A stretch of 64,000 nucleotides of DNA from Verrucomicrobiota bacterium (GCA_039818205.1 JBCBUK010000018.1:13267-77266), one strand, 5' to 3'; counted from the stretch's first letter, positions 1 through 10,647 are shown. The notes: generated by a model from the letters alone, not told the origin. Numbers and translations are program-made.

Positions 1-924
1 CTCAGCAAATTCAACGAAGGCCTGAAGCGTACCACGCCAACGTTCTACAAGGCGTTCGGCAAAGTCGGTGGCGTCTTCGCTGGCAAGAAACTCGATCAAG
101 ACTCACTCGACGACCTCGAAGAAGCCCTCTACGGAGCAGACTTTGGCGTCGAGACCGCGACCGAGATCATGGACGAAATTCAGGCGGCTTATCGCAAAGA
201 CAAGTCGCTACGCGGACAAGATGCCGCCGCGATTGGCGCCACGGTGCTACGACGGGTGCTGGAGGGCTCTGAGCCTCCAGAAGACTTCCTGATTAGCAGC
301 TCATCGCCCGAGGTCATTTGCCTGATCGGAGTGAACGGATCTGGCAAGACCACCACAACCGCCAAACTCGGCTGGCGGTTTACCGAAGAAGGAAAAGGCG
401 TCGTCCTTGGCGCCTGTGACACCTTTCGGGCAGCGGCTAACGAACAGATTAAAACCTGGGCTGACCGCCTGGAACTCGACCTGATCTCAAGCCACCACGG
501 CGCAGATTCCGCCGCAGTCGCGTTTGATGCCTGGCAGGCTGCAAAGTCTCGCGATCGCGAAGTTCTCCTCCTGGATACCGCGGGTCGACTGCACACCAAG
601 GGCAACCTGATGGAAGAGCTCAAAAAGATTCGGCGCGTGCTCCAGAAAAACGATGAGACTGCGCCGCATCACAGCTGGCTCGTTGTCGATGGCTCGATCG
701 GTTCGAACTCCATTGAACAAGCCCGCAAATTTCATCAAACCTTCGGTTTAACCGGGCTCATTATCACAAAACTCGATGGCACGAGCCGAGGCGGTGCACT
801 GGTCGGTATCTATCGTGAGCTGAAATTGCCGATCTATTTCGTTGGTCTGGGCGAACAAAAAGAAGATCTCCAACCGTTTAGTATCGAAAACTACACGAAC
901 GCGATCTTTGGCTTGGATGAGTAG
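1..924 (+). CDS. ftsY: Signal recognition particle receptor FtsY (5' end outside window)
   Basis: Frame open from base 1 (LSKFNEGLKRT...LEEALYGADFGVETA); SRP GTPase motifs GVNGSGKTTT, DTFRAAA, DTAGR, TKLDG. Confidence 0.95.
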   Translation, partial: LSKFNEGLKRTTPTFYKAFGKVGGVFAGKKLDQDSLDDLEEALYGADFGVETATEIMDEIQAAYRKDKSLRGQDAAAIGATVLRRVLEGSEPPEDFLISSSSPEVICLIGVNGSGKTTTTAKLGWRFTEEGKGVVLGACDTFRAAANEQIKTWADRLELDLISSHHGADSAAVAFDAWQAAKSRDREVLLLDTAGRLHTKGNLMEELKKIRRVLQKNDETAPHHSWLVVDGSIGSNSIEQARKFHQTFGLTGLIITKLDGTSRGGALVGIYRELKLPIYFVGLGEQKEDLQPFSIENYTNAIFGLDE

Positions 925-1036
925 AAACGGGTTCTAAGGCTATCGGCTTCCATTGGCTCGCTCCGTTCGCGGTATTTCCGCACGAAATTAACGAGAATAG
1001 TTGCGAATATTTCTCGTTTGGGAGTTTCTTAACTCC

Positions 1037-1816
1037 ATGACGGATCAAAAACACATCCTGGTCACCAATGACGATGGCATTGACTCATACTTTTTGCGGG
1101 TCTTGGTCGACGCACTCGTCAAAGATTTTCGCGTAACGGTCGCCGCACCCATGGGCGAGAAAAGTTGGATCGGTCGGGCCTTTAGCCGCAACAGCGAAGT
1201 CCACCTGGCCGAGTATGACAATTTTCCCTGCAAGGCCTATGCCCTGGACGGTACGCCGAGTGACTGTGTGAACATCGCTATGGGCCGTTTGCTCAAAGAT
1301 GACCTACCCGATGCGGTATGTTCGGGAATCAATCTTGGGTTCAATGCCTGCGCACCGCTCATCTTCTCTTCTGGAACGGTTGGTGGCGCCCTGGAAGGCG
1401 CTGCCTGGGGGCTGCCTGCGCTCGCATTTTCCGCCTATGTGCCCGAAGGCGAATACGAGGCGCTTCGCCAAAGCCACGGGCGGGCAACCGGCGAGATGGA
1501 GACCAGCTTACGCGTGTCCGCTGAACGCAGCCGCCAGTTTGTCGCCAAACACCTCGCCGAGGGCCAACCCGGACTCGTGGTCCACAATTACAATTTCCCC
1601 GCCCCGACCACAATCGATACCGAAATCGAAGAAACGGCTCTTTCTCCGTTCAAGATGGCCCCGCTTTATGATTGGGCTGGGCCGGCGTCGTTCCGCTTCA
1701 AATACGCCGATGGCGAGGCACCAACGGATGGCCCCTACGACTGGGCCTGCATCCTGAGCGGCAAACTAAGCTACACGCGGCTAAATTTTGGAGCCGTTAG
1801 CCAAGTGCCGCGCTAG
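1037..1816 (+). CDS. surE: 5'/3'-nucleotidase SurE
   Basis: ILVTNDDG, GTPSDCV, SGINLG, SGTVGGA motifs; start moved to ATG 1037. Confidence 0.93.
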   Translation: MTDQKHILVTNDDGIDSYFLRVLVDALVKDFRVTVAAPMGEKSWIGRAFSRNSEVHLAEYDNFPCKAYALDGTPSDCVNIAMGRLLKDDLPDAVCSGINLGFNACAPLIFSSGTVGGALEGAAWGLPALAFSAYVPEGEYEALRQSHGRATGEMETSLRVSAERSRQFVAKHLAEGQPGLVVHNYNFPAPTTIDTEIEETALSPFKMAPLYDWAGPASFRFKYADGEAPTDGPYDWACILSGKLSYTRLNFGAVSQVPR

Positions 1817-1831
1817 TTGACTAAGCGCACA

Positions 1832-4800
1832 TCAATGCGCGTCATCCTCTTTGGGTAGCGGGGCGCGGCGCAGAGCCGTTTCAAGGTCCTGCGGCTTGAG
1901 TGGCTTGACGATAAAGTCGTTCATGCCAGCTTCGCGGGCCGCTGCCTCATCCTCCTTCAACGCAGCGGCAGACAAACCAATGATCCATGGAGTATCGTCC
2001 TTGCCCGTAGCGGCGCGGATAACTCGCGTTGCCTCAAGCCCATCCATCTCGGGCATCTGCACATCCATGAGGATCAATGGAAACCGATGTTTCCGATACA
2101 TGGCGACAGCATTTAAGCCATTGGAGGCAGTCTCAGTCTCGCACTTCAAGCGATGGAGCACGAATTGAACGACCTTGCAATTCACCGGGTTATCTTCGGC
2201 AATCAGGATCTTCCCTGGGTAGCCAACGGGACCCGTGCGGGCCTCCGGTGGCGGTGGTGGAAGCTCACTGGGGCTTGCTTTGATCGTTGGAACCGTAAAA
2301 TGAAAAACTGTCCCCAATAGCTTCGTGCTTTCGAACCAAATGCGACCGCCCATCAAGCTAACAAGGCGCTTACTGATCGCCAGACCAAGCCCCGTACCGC
2401 CGTAACGCCTCGTGGTCGAAACATCGGCCTGGGTAAAGGGCTCAAAGAGTTTTGCCTGCTGGTCCGAATCCAAACCGATCCCGGTATCTGCGACCGAGAA
2501 ATGTAGCTCGTAGCGCATTTTATCGATCAATGATGCCGAGACCTTGACGGTCACCCGGCCGCGATCGGTAAACTTGACCGCATTGCTGATAAGATTCATC
2601 AGCACTTGGCGAATTCGGGTTTCGTCCCCACGGACCGCTTCAGGCGTACTCGAATCAATGCGATGAACTACCTCGAGATTTTTGCCCGCCGCATGGGTTG
2701 AAAAGAGAGAGATCGCCGACATCACAATCGGAGCAACACGGATTGCACGGTCTTCAATTTCCAACCGCCCGGCTTCGACCTTGGAATAATCGAGGATATC
2801 GTTGATGATCGTCATCAACGATTCACTGCTGGTTTGAATCGTCGTCAGATAGTCTCGTTGCTGCTCACTGAGTTGCGTGCCATTGATCGCCTCAATCATC
2901 CCCACGACGCCATTCATCGGCGTGCGGATCTCATGGCTCATCATCGCAAGGAATGCCGATTTTGCTCGGTTAGCCGCTTCGGCCTCTTCCTTTGCATGGA
3001 TGATGCGCTCCTCGGCGCGCTTTTGCTCAGTTATGTCCCAGCAACTACCAATCATACGGGTTGCCCGGCGCTCGTCATCGAGCAAAACCAATACATTCCC
3101 GGTCATGTGACGAAGATCGCCCTCGGGCCAGACGATACGAAAATTCAGGCGATAGTTTCCTCCGTTTTCAATGGCTGCCGAAAGGGTTTGTTTCAAGCCC
3201 GGCAAATCCTCAGGGGCGGTTACCTGCGACCACGATTCGATCGTTCCCAGGAATCGGTTTGACGGCAGACGAAAGAGCTCATGCATAATGGGATCCCAAA
3301 CCATGCTGTTGCGCTGCACGTCGTATTCCCAAATCCCGATACAAGCTGAGGTCGTCGCCAGCTGAAACCGTTCATTTAACGCGGAAAGTTCGCGCTCAAT
3401 CTTCTTGCGCGGAGTAACATCCAAAGCAGCCCCGCGGTAGCCGATAAACTTACCGCGCTGATCGTACATCGGGACCCCGCTAACGCTTTGCCATATGTAA
3501 CCGCCGTTCTTGTGGCGGGTGCGCACTTCAAAATTATTAAAGCTGCGGCGATCCCTGATGATCGCATCCAGGCTATCGATATAGTCCGAGCGATCATCCT
3601 CTGCGACTAAATCGAAATTTTGGATGCCGATAAACTCTCCGGGCGCATAGCCGAGCACCTCTTTGACCCGCTCCGTCACGTAGGTATATTGGCCGTTGAT
3701 ATCGTGCTCCCAAATATATTCGCCGGCGGCATTGCTGATATCTCGAAAGCGCCGCTCACTTTCTTCGATTCGCTCACGGTCGAGCCGCCGGTTTGTTATG
3801 TCGGTCTCAATGGCAATAAAACTGGTCAGCGTGCCGTCAGCTTCATGGACGGGTGTCGCTTCGACCTCAACCCAGTAAGGGACACCCGACTTGCGATAAT
3901 TTAGCACTTCGACGTGGAATCCTTTTCCTTGCCGAACACTTTCCCGCATCAGCTTCACAACTTCGGGATCTGACGCCGGTCCTTGCAAAACGCTTCCGGG
4001 AGTTCTTCCAATGATCTCATCGACACCAAAGCCAGTCATGCGTTCGAACGCTTTGTTCACCCAGGTAAAACAGCCATCGGAATCGGTAATGACGACGCCG
4101 GTCGTTGTTTTACTCGCAACCAGCGACAGCCGCTTAAACGCCTCCTCTTGTTTCTTGTTCGCGGTGATGTCGGTGTGGGTTCCCAGCATCCGAGTCGGCT
4201 TGCCCTCGTCGTTGAAAATCGCTTTGCCCCGCGTCAGAACCCAACACCAGCTTTCGTTCTTCATCCGCATGCGATACTCGATCACATACTGGGTGACTCG
4301 TCCGGCGAAATAATCCTCTACAGCCTCCTTGGCCTTGGGCAAATCCTCGGGGTGCACAAGCTGCTCCCACACGTCGTAGCCGCTGCCGATCTCCTCAACG
4401 GAATAACCCAGCATCGTTTTCCAACGATCCGAGAAATGAACTTGGCCGCTCTCGATATCCCAGTCCCAGACACCGTCCTCGCTCCCCTTAAGCGCAAGGT
4501 CCCAACGTTCCTCGGAAACCGCCAAATCTCGCTGGGTATTGGCGAGCTCACTCACGTCTTGGATGATCCCGTAGCGTCGCAGGCGTTTGCCATCCGGGCG
4601 GCCCATCCGACCAATCAAGCGCCCCCACATAATGGATTGATCCGGCCGAATCATACGAATCTGAACCGAACGTGACTCCCCCTCCTCCATTGGCTCCATC
4701 AGGATCGCCCGCGCTATCGGCAGGTCCTCCGGAAAGACTGTCTCCATCGCCTGTTTCAGCGTGGGCTCCTGATCCGGGTCGACGTCGAACATCCGGCGCA

Positions 4801-5011
4801 GCTCCTCCGAGATACTCAGGCGCCCGGTCTCGGGATTGATCTCCCAGCTGCCGATCCCAGCGATCTGCTGAGACTTCGACATCATCTGCAGGCGCCGACG
4901 CAGGCACTCAAGCTCCTCCTCGCGATCAGCTAATTGATCCCGAAGCTGATCAGCTTCAGTGTCTAAGGTATCGGACACCGATCCGCGAACTGACGAAGAT
5001 GGCTCATCCAT
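1832..5011 (-). CDS. Cytoplasmic multi-PAS hybrid sensor histidine kinase/response regulator
   Basis: About 5 PAS/PAC repeats, H-box FLAMMSHEIRTPMNG, N-box NLISNAVKFT, G-boxes DTGIG and GGTGLGL, C-terminal REC (AEDN, LMDVQMP, KP); no TM segment seen. Confidence 0.93.
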   Translation of the reverse strand: MDEPSSSVRGSVSDTLDTEADQLRDQLADREEELECLRRRLQMMSKSQQIAGIGSWEINPETGRLSISEELRRMFDVDPDQEPTLKQAMETVFPEDLPIARAILMEPMEEGESRSVQIRMIRPDQSIMWGRLIGRMGRPDGKRLRRYGIIQDVSELANTQRDLAVSEERWDLALKGSEDGVWDWDIESGQVHFSDRWKTMLGYSVEEIGSGYDVWEQLVHPEDLPKAKEAVEDYFAGRVTQYVIEYRMRMKNESWCWVLTRGKAIFNDEGKPTRMLGTHTDITANKKQEEAFKRLSLVASKTTTGVVITDSDGCFTWVNKAFERMTGFGVDEIIGRTPGSVLQGPASDPEVVKLMRESVRQGKGFHVEVLNYRKSGVPYWVEVEATPVHEADGTLTSFIAIETDITNRRLDRERIEESERRFRDISNAAGEYIWEHDINGQYTYVTERVKEVLGYAPGEFIGIQNFDLVAEDDRSDYIDSLDAIIRDRRSFNNFEVRTRHKNGGYIWQSVSGVPMYDQRGKFIGYRGAALDVTPRKKIERELSALNERFQLATTSACIGIWEYDVQRNSMVWDPIMHELFRLPSNRFLGTIESWSQVTAPEDLPGLKQTLSAAIENGGNYRLNFRIVWPEGDLRHMTGNVLVLLDDERRATRMIGSCWDITEQKRAEERIIHAKEEAEAANRAKSAFLAMMSHEIRTPMNGVVGMIEAINGTQLSEQQRDYLTTIQTSSESLMTIINDILDYSKVEAGRLEIEDRAIRVAPIVMSAISLFSTHAAGKNLEVVHRIDSSTPEAVRGDETRIRQVLMNLISNAVKFTDRGRVTVKVSASLIDKMRYELHFSVADTGIGLDSDQQAKLFEPFTQADVSTTRRYGGTGLGLAISKRLVSLMGGRIWFESTKLLGTVFHFTVPTIKASPSELPPPPPEARTGPVGYPGKILIAEDNPVNCKVVQFVLHRLKCETETASNGLNAVAMYRKHRFPLILMDVQMPEMDGLEATRVIRAATGKDDTPWIIGLSAAALKEDEAAAREAGMNDFIVKPLKPQDLETALRRAPLPKEDDAH

Positions 5012-5152
5012 GGAGACGGAAATTCAAGCGGATATTTTCCCAAAATGCCATAATGAAAAATGGGGTGGTTGAGAATTTGTACAAACAGGTTACAAAATCG
5101 TTAACAAAATAGTGTTTATCGAAGGGCAAAAACCACCCTAGTCTACCTGACT

Positions 5153-7120
5153 ATGGCCACAGTTCTGGAAAAAATCAAACAAGCTGGCAGCGAAGGAAAG
5201 CTGCTGGAAAGTTCAGTCGAAAACCTGGAAGCGTTTGTCAGCGGCGGTTTCCTACCCGCCTGGGCGATGACCTCGATCGAGGAGCTAGTCGACGCCGGCG
5301 AATGGGAGGAACTCAACGACCGTTTTTTCCAAAACATGAAATTTGGCACCGGCGGCATGCGCGGACGCACTATTGGCCGGGTCTCTGCCAAGTCTGAAAC
5401 GGGCACTCCCGGGGAAAAAGACAGCCCAGAGCACCCAGCGGTTGGCACCAACGTGCTCAATGACTTCAATATCACCCGAGCAACCATTGGGCTGTTCCGC
5501 CACTGCCAGGAGTATTTGGCCGACGAAGAAATCTACGACACGCCAAAATTGGTTATCGCCCATGACGTGCGGTATTTCTCCCGCCATTTCTGTGAGCTTG
5601 CGGCCAGCACATGGACCAAGCTTGGTGGCCTCGCGATGATTTTTGAGGGCCCACGCTCGACGCCTGCCCTCAGCTTTGCGGTCCGCAATCTCAAATGCAC
5701 CGCCGGAATCGTCATCACCGCGAGCCATAACCCATCGCACGACAATGGCTTCAAGGCCTACTTCAGCGATGGTGCCCAGGTCGTCGCGCCGCACGCCGAA
5801 GGCATCATCGACAAAGTCCGCGCGGTCGAATGGTCAGAGCTTCCTCCGTTCTTTGACATTGATCTATCCAAAGTCGTCACCCTCCCGGAGACCCAGGACG
5901 AGGAATACCTTGATGTGCTGGAGGACAACGTGCTCGACCCAGACGTCCTTGAAGAAATTCATCCCAAGGTGGTCTTCACGCCGATCCACGGTACCGGAGG
6001 CGTTGCCTCGGTCCCGCTGTTGCGCGAGTTCGGCGTCGAAGTTATCGACGTTCCAGAGCAGTGGGAAATGGATCCCCGCTTCCCAACAGTGAAGTCGCCA
6101 AACCCAGAGAACGCCGAAGCGTTGAGCATGGCGGTCGAGAAGGCCAAAGAAGTAGGCGCCGATATGGTGCTTGCCACTGACCCAGACGACGATCGCATGG
6201 CCCTCGCCGCCCCCAACCGCGATGGTGAGTGGATTCTCTTTACTGGGAACATGACCGGATCCATGCTCGCCCAATACCGGGTCAAAACGCTGCAAGAAAT
6301 CGGAATTCTTCCTGAAGCTGGCACCGAGCACGCGGCACTGATCAAGACCTTCGTCACCACGCCATTGCAAGAAGCCATCGCTGAGGCCAACGGCCTGAAG
6401 TGCATCAACACCTTGACTGGATTTAAATGGATCGGTGAAAAGCTCGGCATCTATCAAAGCGAGCTTGAGGAGCGTATGTTCGAAGAGGAAGGCATCGCGA
6501 TTGATTACGATCAAACCGACCTGTCAACCCGCGCACAGCTCCTACTCGAGTACAGCACCTTTTATGTATTCGGCGGCGAGGAAAGCTATGGATACTTGGC
6601 CAGCGACCGCGTTCGCGACAAGGATGCCAACGCGGCCTGCCTGATGATTTGCGAACTCGCAGCTTACCTGAAGAAAACCGACAAAACCTTCAGCGAATAT
6701 CTCGCCGAGATCCACTTGAAATACGGCTATCACCTTGAGTCGCTACTCAGCATCTATTTCGAGGGTGCCTCCGGTGCACAGTCGATTAAGAACATCATTG
6801 AGAGCTTCCGAGCAGATCCCCTTAAGGAAATAAACGGCATCAAAGTTGCCGAGATGATCGACTTCGGAAAGGACGACCTGAAGGACGCCGACGGCAAAAA
6901 CATCCCAAAGGAGAACTTCTACTTCTTTACGCTTGAGAACGGCTACAAGTTTGCCGCTCGCGGAAGTGGCACGGAACCGAAAATCAAGTTCTACTGCTTT
7001 GCCAAAGAAAGCGTTCCTTCGGCTCAGGCTCTACCGGAAATTCAGGAACAGACCAAGGAGAAGCTAGCCGCGCTCGAAAAGGCGATCGAAGCCGAGGCGC
7101 GCAAACGGGCCGAAGGCTAA
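5153..7120 (+). CDS. Phosphoglucomutase/phosphomannomutase family phospho-sugar mutase
   Basis: FGTGGMRG, ITASHNP phosphoserine loop, DPDDDR metal loop, GGEES, RGSGTEPKIK. Confidence 0.93.
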   Translation: MATVLEKIKQAGSEGKLLESSVENLEAFVSGGFLPAWAMTSIEELVDAGEWEELNDRFFQNMKFGTGGMRGRTIGRVSAKSETGTPGEKDSPEHPAVGTNVLNDFNITRATIGLFRHCQEYLADEEIYDTPKLVIAHDVRYFSRHFCELAASTWTKLGGLAMIFEGPRSTPALSFAVRNLKCTAGIVITASHNPSHDNGFKAYFSDGAQVVAPHAEGIIDKVRAVEWSELPPFFDIDLSKVVTLPETQDEEYLDVLEDNVLDPDVLEEIHPKVVFTPIHGTGGVASVPLLREFGVEVIDVPEQWEMDPRFPTVKSPNPENAEALSMAVEKAKEVGADMVLATDPDDDRMALAAPNRDGEWILFTGNMTGSMLAQYRVKTLQEIGILPEAGTEHAALIKTFVTTPLQEAIAEANGLKCINTLTGFKWIGEKLGIYQSELEERMFEEEGIAIDYDQTDLSTRAQLLLEYSTFYVFGGEESYGYLASDRVRDKDANAACLMICELAAYLKKTDKTFSEYLAEIHLKYGYHLESLLSIYFEGASGAQSIKNIIESFRADPLKEINGIKVAEMIDFGKDDLKDADGKNIPKENFYFFTLENGYKFAARGSGTEPKIKFYCFAKESVPSAQALPEIQEQTKEKLAALEKAIEAEARKRAEG

Positions 7121-7150
7121 GTCAACCGTTCACTCAAGATACAATTTCTA

Positions 7151-7174
7151 AGACCACCTTCGGGTGGTCTTTTT
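7151..7174 (+). terminator. Rho-independent terminator after the phospho-sugar mutase
   Basis: AGACCACC-TTCG-GGTGGTCT followed by TTTT, 30 nt after the stop codon. Confidence 0.85.
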
Positions 7175-7238
7175 GTCTTTTGCAGGTGAAATATGGCGCT
7201 TGACCGGGGCCATTAATCACCGAAAAGTGTTAGATGCT

Positions 7239-7490
7239 ATGCGATTGCCTCTTACTACAACAATCTCCCTGGCCGCGTTGTGCCTAGGTTTCGTCGGCTG
7301 CGGAGACCAACCAGAACAGGATGTTACTGCCACGCCGGTTGGCTCCCTCCTTACTGGTGAAACAAAAGATCCGGAAAGCTATCTGGAGAAAGTCGAAGAA
7401 GGAAACAAAGCTCGTCAAAACGAGCAGCAATATGTTTCTCCATTTGACCGGGAAGAACCAGGCCGCGGTGCGCTGCAAGAGCGTTACTAG
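7239..7490 (+). CDS. Small putative lipoprotein
   Basis: Signal peptide ending in lipobox-like FVGC, then a polar region. Confidence 0.6.
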   Translation: MRLPLTTTISLAALCLGFVGCGDQPEQDVTATPVGSLLTGETKDPESYLEKVEEGNKARQNEQQYVSPFDREEPGRGALQERY

Positions 7491-7562
7491 CCGCACCTCT
7501 CTAGTCGATATTTGAGTAATGGAACATCACTGCCGCAGCAGTGTTGCGCAGAGTGCATTTTC

Positions 7563-7721
7563 TTAGTCGTCCTCGTCTTCATCATAAGGCCGGCGGCCAA
7601 GCATCGACCCTTTCATGAAGCGGCTTTCGCGATAGCGCTTATTAACCCGCGCATTCGCCCAGCGCTCATAGACCAGAACGGCACCAACGATAAATAAAAG
7701 GGCTCCAAGGATGGTAACCAT
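7563..7721 (-). CDS. Small single-pass membrane protein
   Basis: MVTILGALLFIVGAVLVY hydrophobic segment plus charged tail, downstream of pdhC. Confidence 0.4.
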   Translation of the reverse strand: MVTILGALLFIVGAVLVYERWANARVNKRYRESRFMKGSMLGRRPYDEDEDD

Positions 7722-7782
7722 GGAACCCGAAACTACGTTCAACCTTGGCCGCAAGCAAGCTCAAGCGGCCAACAGTGCTCGT

Positions 7783-9105
7783 TTAGACAAGCATCAAGGA
7801 CGGCTTTTCCAAGACTTCCTTGAGCGCCATCAGGAACTCAGCGGCAACGGCTCCATCGATCACGCGGTGATCACCGGCCAATCCCAAGCTCATGCGTTGG
7901 CCAACGACGATCTCGTCATTTGGTCCAACGACTGGTTTCTTGATCGTCGCTCCAACCGATAGGATTGCGGAGTTGGGCATGTTGATGATCGGGAAGAACC
8001 CAGTCACGCCATACATACCGAGGTTTGTGACCGTAAAGGTGGAACCCGCCATTTCGTTTGGCGTCAACTTCTTGCTGCGAGCCTTCTTGATCAGGGTCTT
8101 CGCTTCGGCAGAAATCTGGCGCAACGTCTTCGCGTGTGCATCACGGATGACCGGCGTCAGCAAGCCGTCTTCCAAGGCAACGCCAAAGGCGAGATGCACG
8201 GAACCATACTGCTGAACCGTATCGCCTTGCCAAGACGCGTTGACGGCTGGGACCCGGCGAAGGGCTTCAGCGCTAGCCTTCAAAATGAAATCATTGACGG
8301 TGAATTTGATGCCGCCCTGCTCGGGTGGCAATTCTGCCAAGCTGGAATTGAGTTCAACACGCATCTTAATCAGCGATGCCGCATCGACCTCGGTTTCCAG
8401 ATAGAAGTGAGGAACCTGCGTTTTCGACTCCAACAAACGTTGGGCGATTACGCGGCGCATGTTCGAGACCTTGGTCGTTTTCTCTTCCAAGGCTGCTACC
8501 GGTGCGACTGCAGCAGCAGCCGCTGGTGCCGCCTCGGCAGCCGGAGCGCTTACTCCCTTCTCGATCGCGGCGAGAACGTCCTTTTTAACAATGCGTCCAC
8601 TGGGCCCAGAAGCAGCAATTGCGCTCAAAGGAATGCCGTGCTCGGCGGCCAATTTCTTAGCCAGCGGAGAGACTTTAATGCGCTTGCCATCTCCGGCATC
8701 GCTTGCCGCCGCGTCCTCAGCGCCAAGCGGCACTTGCTTGCGGCCTTCAGCCGTTCCAGTTTCGGATTTAAACTCTTTGTCGGGCTCGGGATCTTTCGGC
8801 GCCTCATCAAAGGCCTTTTTCTCCTCCTTCGGTCCAGCCGATGCGGCATCGGGAGCCGTTTCGCCCTTTTCACCAATCGCGCAAATCGGTGCACCAACAG
8901 GCGCCTCAGTGCCAGCGGATGAGTAGATCTTCAAGATCACACCATCTGCGACCAGATTTTCGAGCTCCATCGTCGCCTTGTCGGTCTCAACCTCGCACAG
9001 CATATCGCCAACAGAAACGGCGTCGCCTTCCTGCTTGAGCCAATTAACAATGGTTCCGACCTCCATGGTGTCGGAAAGTTTGGGCATATCAATAATTTCA
9101 GCCAT
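7783..9105 (-). CDS. pdhC: Pyruvate dehydrogenase E2 dihydrolipoamide acetyltransferase
   Basis: Single lipoyl domain (MPKLSDTM...ETDKA), E3-binding domain (SPLAKKLA..SGPSGRI), catalytic DHRVIDGA. Confidence 0.9.
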   Translation of the reverse strand: MAEIIDMPKLSDTMEVGTIVNWLKQEGDAVSVGDMLCEVETDKATMELENLVADGVILKIYSSAGTEAPVGAPICAIGEKGETAPDAASAGPKEEKKAFDEAPKDPEPDKEFKSETGTAEGRKQVPLGAEDAAASDAGDGKRIKVSPLAKKLAAEHGIPLSAIAASGPSGRIVKKDVLAAIEKGVSAPAAEAAPAAAAAVAPVAALEEKTTKVSNMRRVIAQRLLESKTQVPHFYLETEVDAASLIKMRVELNSSLAELPPEQGGIKFTVNDFILKASAEALRRVPAVNASWQGDTVQQYGSVHLAFGVALEDGLLTPVIRDAHAKTLRQISAEAKTLIKKARSKKLTPNEMAGSTFTVTNLGMYGVTGFFPIINMPNSAILSVGATIKKPVVGPNDEIVVGQRMSLGLAGDHRVIDGAVAAEFLMALKEVLEKPSLMLV

Positions 9106-9222
9106 GCTTGGATGTATCGTTTCGGTGGAAGCGAAAATACGTCAAAAGAAGAACAAATTGTGGTCTTGGCCGCCCCTGTCAATTGCGCAAAACCGTTTCG
9201 AGCAAAAGTTCACCCGGCGCAT

Positions 9223-10635
9223 TCAGGTTAGGTTCGTGTCATTTTCGGCCACGACATCCCGGGCAAACCCGATTCCTTCGCCGATTTCGGCGAACTTGCC
9301 GTCCAGCTGCGCCTCGTAACAGGCATCCAGGATCGCCTTAAACTGAGGCCCTGGCTTGAGCCCGATTTCGATCAGGTGGCGCCCCTGGACAATCGGTTTG
9401 GGTATGCTGTCACGCACTGCCAGCTTCTCCGCACGCTCGCGAAGCCAATCTCCAGCGGGGAAATCGGCCGATTTCGGAGGACGGCCTCCCATATCAGCGT
9501 CTGCAACCCGTAAAAGCCGGTCGATACGGCCCACTTTTCGTGCGAGCCTCCGAATGGCAGCATCGGATGCCTTAACTTTATACAGTTCCATCGGCCGTAA
9601 ATGGGTTTCAATCAGCGGAAGCACCTGTGCGATAAGATCTGCATGGGCGGTCAATCGCCGCAAAAACGTTTCCGCGATCGGTACGCCCTCGACATCGTGG
9701 CCGGGCGAGCGAATGCGTCCATTCTCATCCACAAACGTCGTTGGCGGCTTCGCAATATCGTGGAGGAGCACCGCGAATCCGACGACCAAGTCCTCCCATT
9801 CATCACCGAGACGCTTCCGAGCAAAGGCGTCCATACAGTGCAGGGTATGGACCCATACGTCTCCCTCCGGATGCCATTCTGGGTCCTGTTCGCAGCCGAC
9901 GAGCGCCTCCAGCTCTGAGTAATAGCGAATCCAACCGCAATCGCGGAGAAAATTGAGGCCCAATGACGGCTTCCGCCCTTTCCGGATCAGTTTGGCCCAT
10001 TCCTCGAACAAACGCTCCTTCGGCAAGTCCTCGGGCTCGATACTTCGGCAAAGTTCCATCGTCTCTGGCGCAATCGAGAATTCAAACCGGGCCAGAAATT
10101 GCATCGCGCGCAGAACACGGAGCGGATCCTCGGCAAATTGGTGGGAAACATGTCGTAAAACTCGTTGCTGGAGATCGGCCCGACCTCCGGCGGGGTCGAT
10201 CAACTCGCCTGTTAGTGGGTCCCAGGAAATGGCGTTGATGGTGAAATCTCGCCGCGCCGCTGCCTCAGCAAAGGTCATTTCCGGGTCGCCCTCAATCGCG
10301 AAGGCTTTGTGCCCGGTGCCCGATTTGCGTTCACGGCGGGGCAAGGCGACATCGATATCCAGGCCCTTGATAATGAACACTCCAAAGGATTTGCCAACTT
10401 GGTCGATCCGGTACCGTTTTGTCAAAATCTCCTCAAGCTCATCAACCACAATGCCATAGACTTCCAGATCCAGATCCTTGGGATCGGCCCCGAGAAGCGC
10501 ATCGCGCACGGCTCCGCCAACAATCACCGCACGGCCGCCGGCATCAGCGATTGCCTGGGCAACGACAGTAATCGCCTGGCCCGACTCGTGCTCCAGATTA
10601 ATCAGACTGGGAAGCTGCTCGTTTTCGGATTCCAT
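9223..10635 (-). CDS. cca: tRNA nucleotidyltransferase (CCA-adding/poly(A) polymerase family) with HD domain
   Basis: VGGAVRD, DLD, RRDFTINA, EDPLRVLR motifs; HPEGDVWVH...LHD HD domain. Confidence 0.85.
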   Translation of the reverse strand: MESENEQLPSLINLEHESGQAITVVAQAIADAGGRAVIVGGAVRDALLGADPKDLDLEVYGIVVDELEEILTKRYRIDQVGKSFGVFIIKGLDIDVALPRRERKSGTGHKAFAIEGDPEMTFAEAAARRDFTINAISWDPLTGELIDPAGGRADLQQRVLRHVSHQFAEDPLRVLRAMQFLARFEFSIAPETMELCRSIEPEDLPKERLFEEWAKLIRKGRKPSLGLNFLRDCGWIRYYSELEALVGCEQDPEWHPEGDVWVHTLHCMDAFARKRLGDEWEDLVVGFAVLLHDIAKPPTTFVDENGRIRSPGHDVEGVPIAETFLRRLTAHADLIAQVLPLIETHLRPMELYKVKASDAAIRRLARKVGRIDRLLRVADADMGGRPPKSADFPAGDWLRERAEKLAVRDSIPKPIVQGRHLIEIGLKPGPQFKAILDACYEAQLDGKFAEIGEGIGFARDVVAENDTNLT

Positions 10636-10647
10636 GAAAGTGGGAGG

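Noticed and set aside
7892..8926. Long plus-strand ORFs antisense to pdhC, and similar shadow ORFs throughout the track
   Set aside because: Antisense or alternative-frame shadows of well-supported genes in GC-rich DNA, with no recognisable motifs
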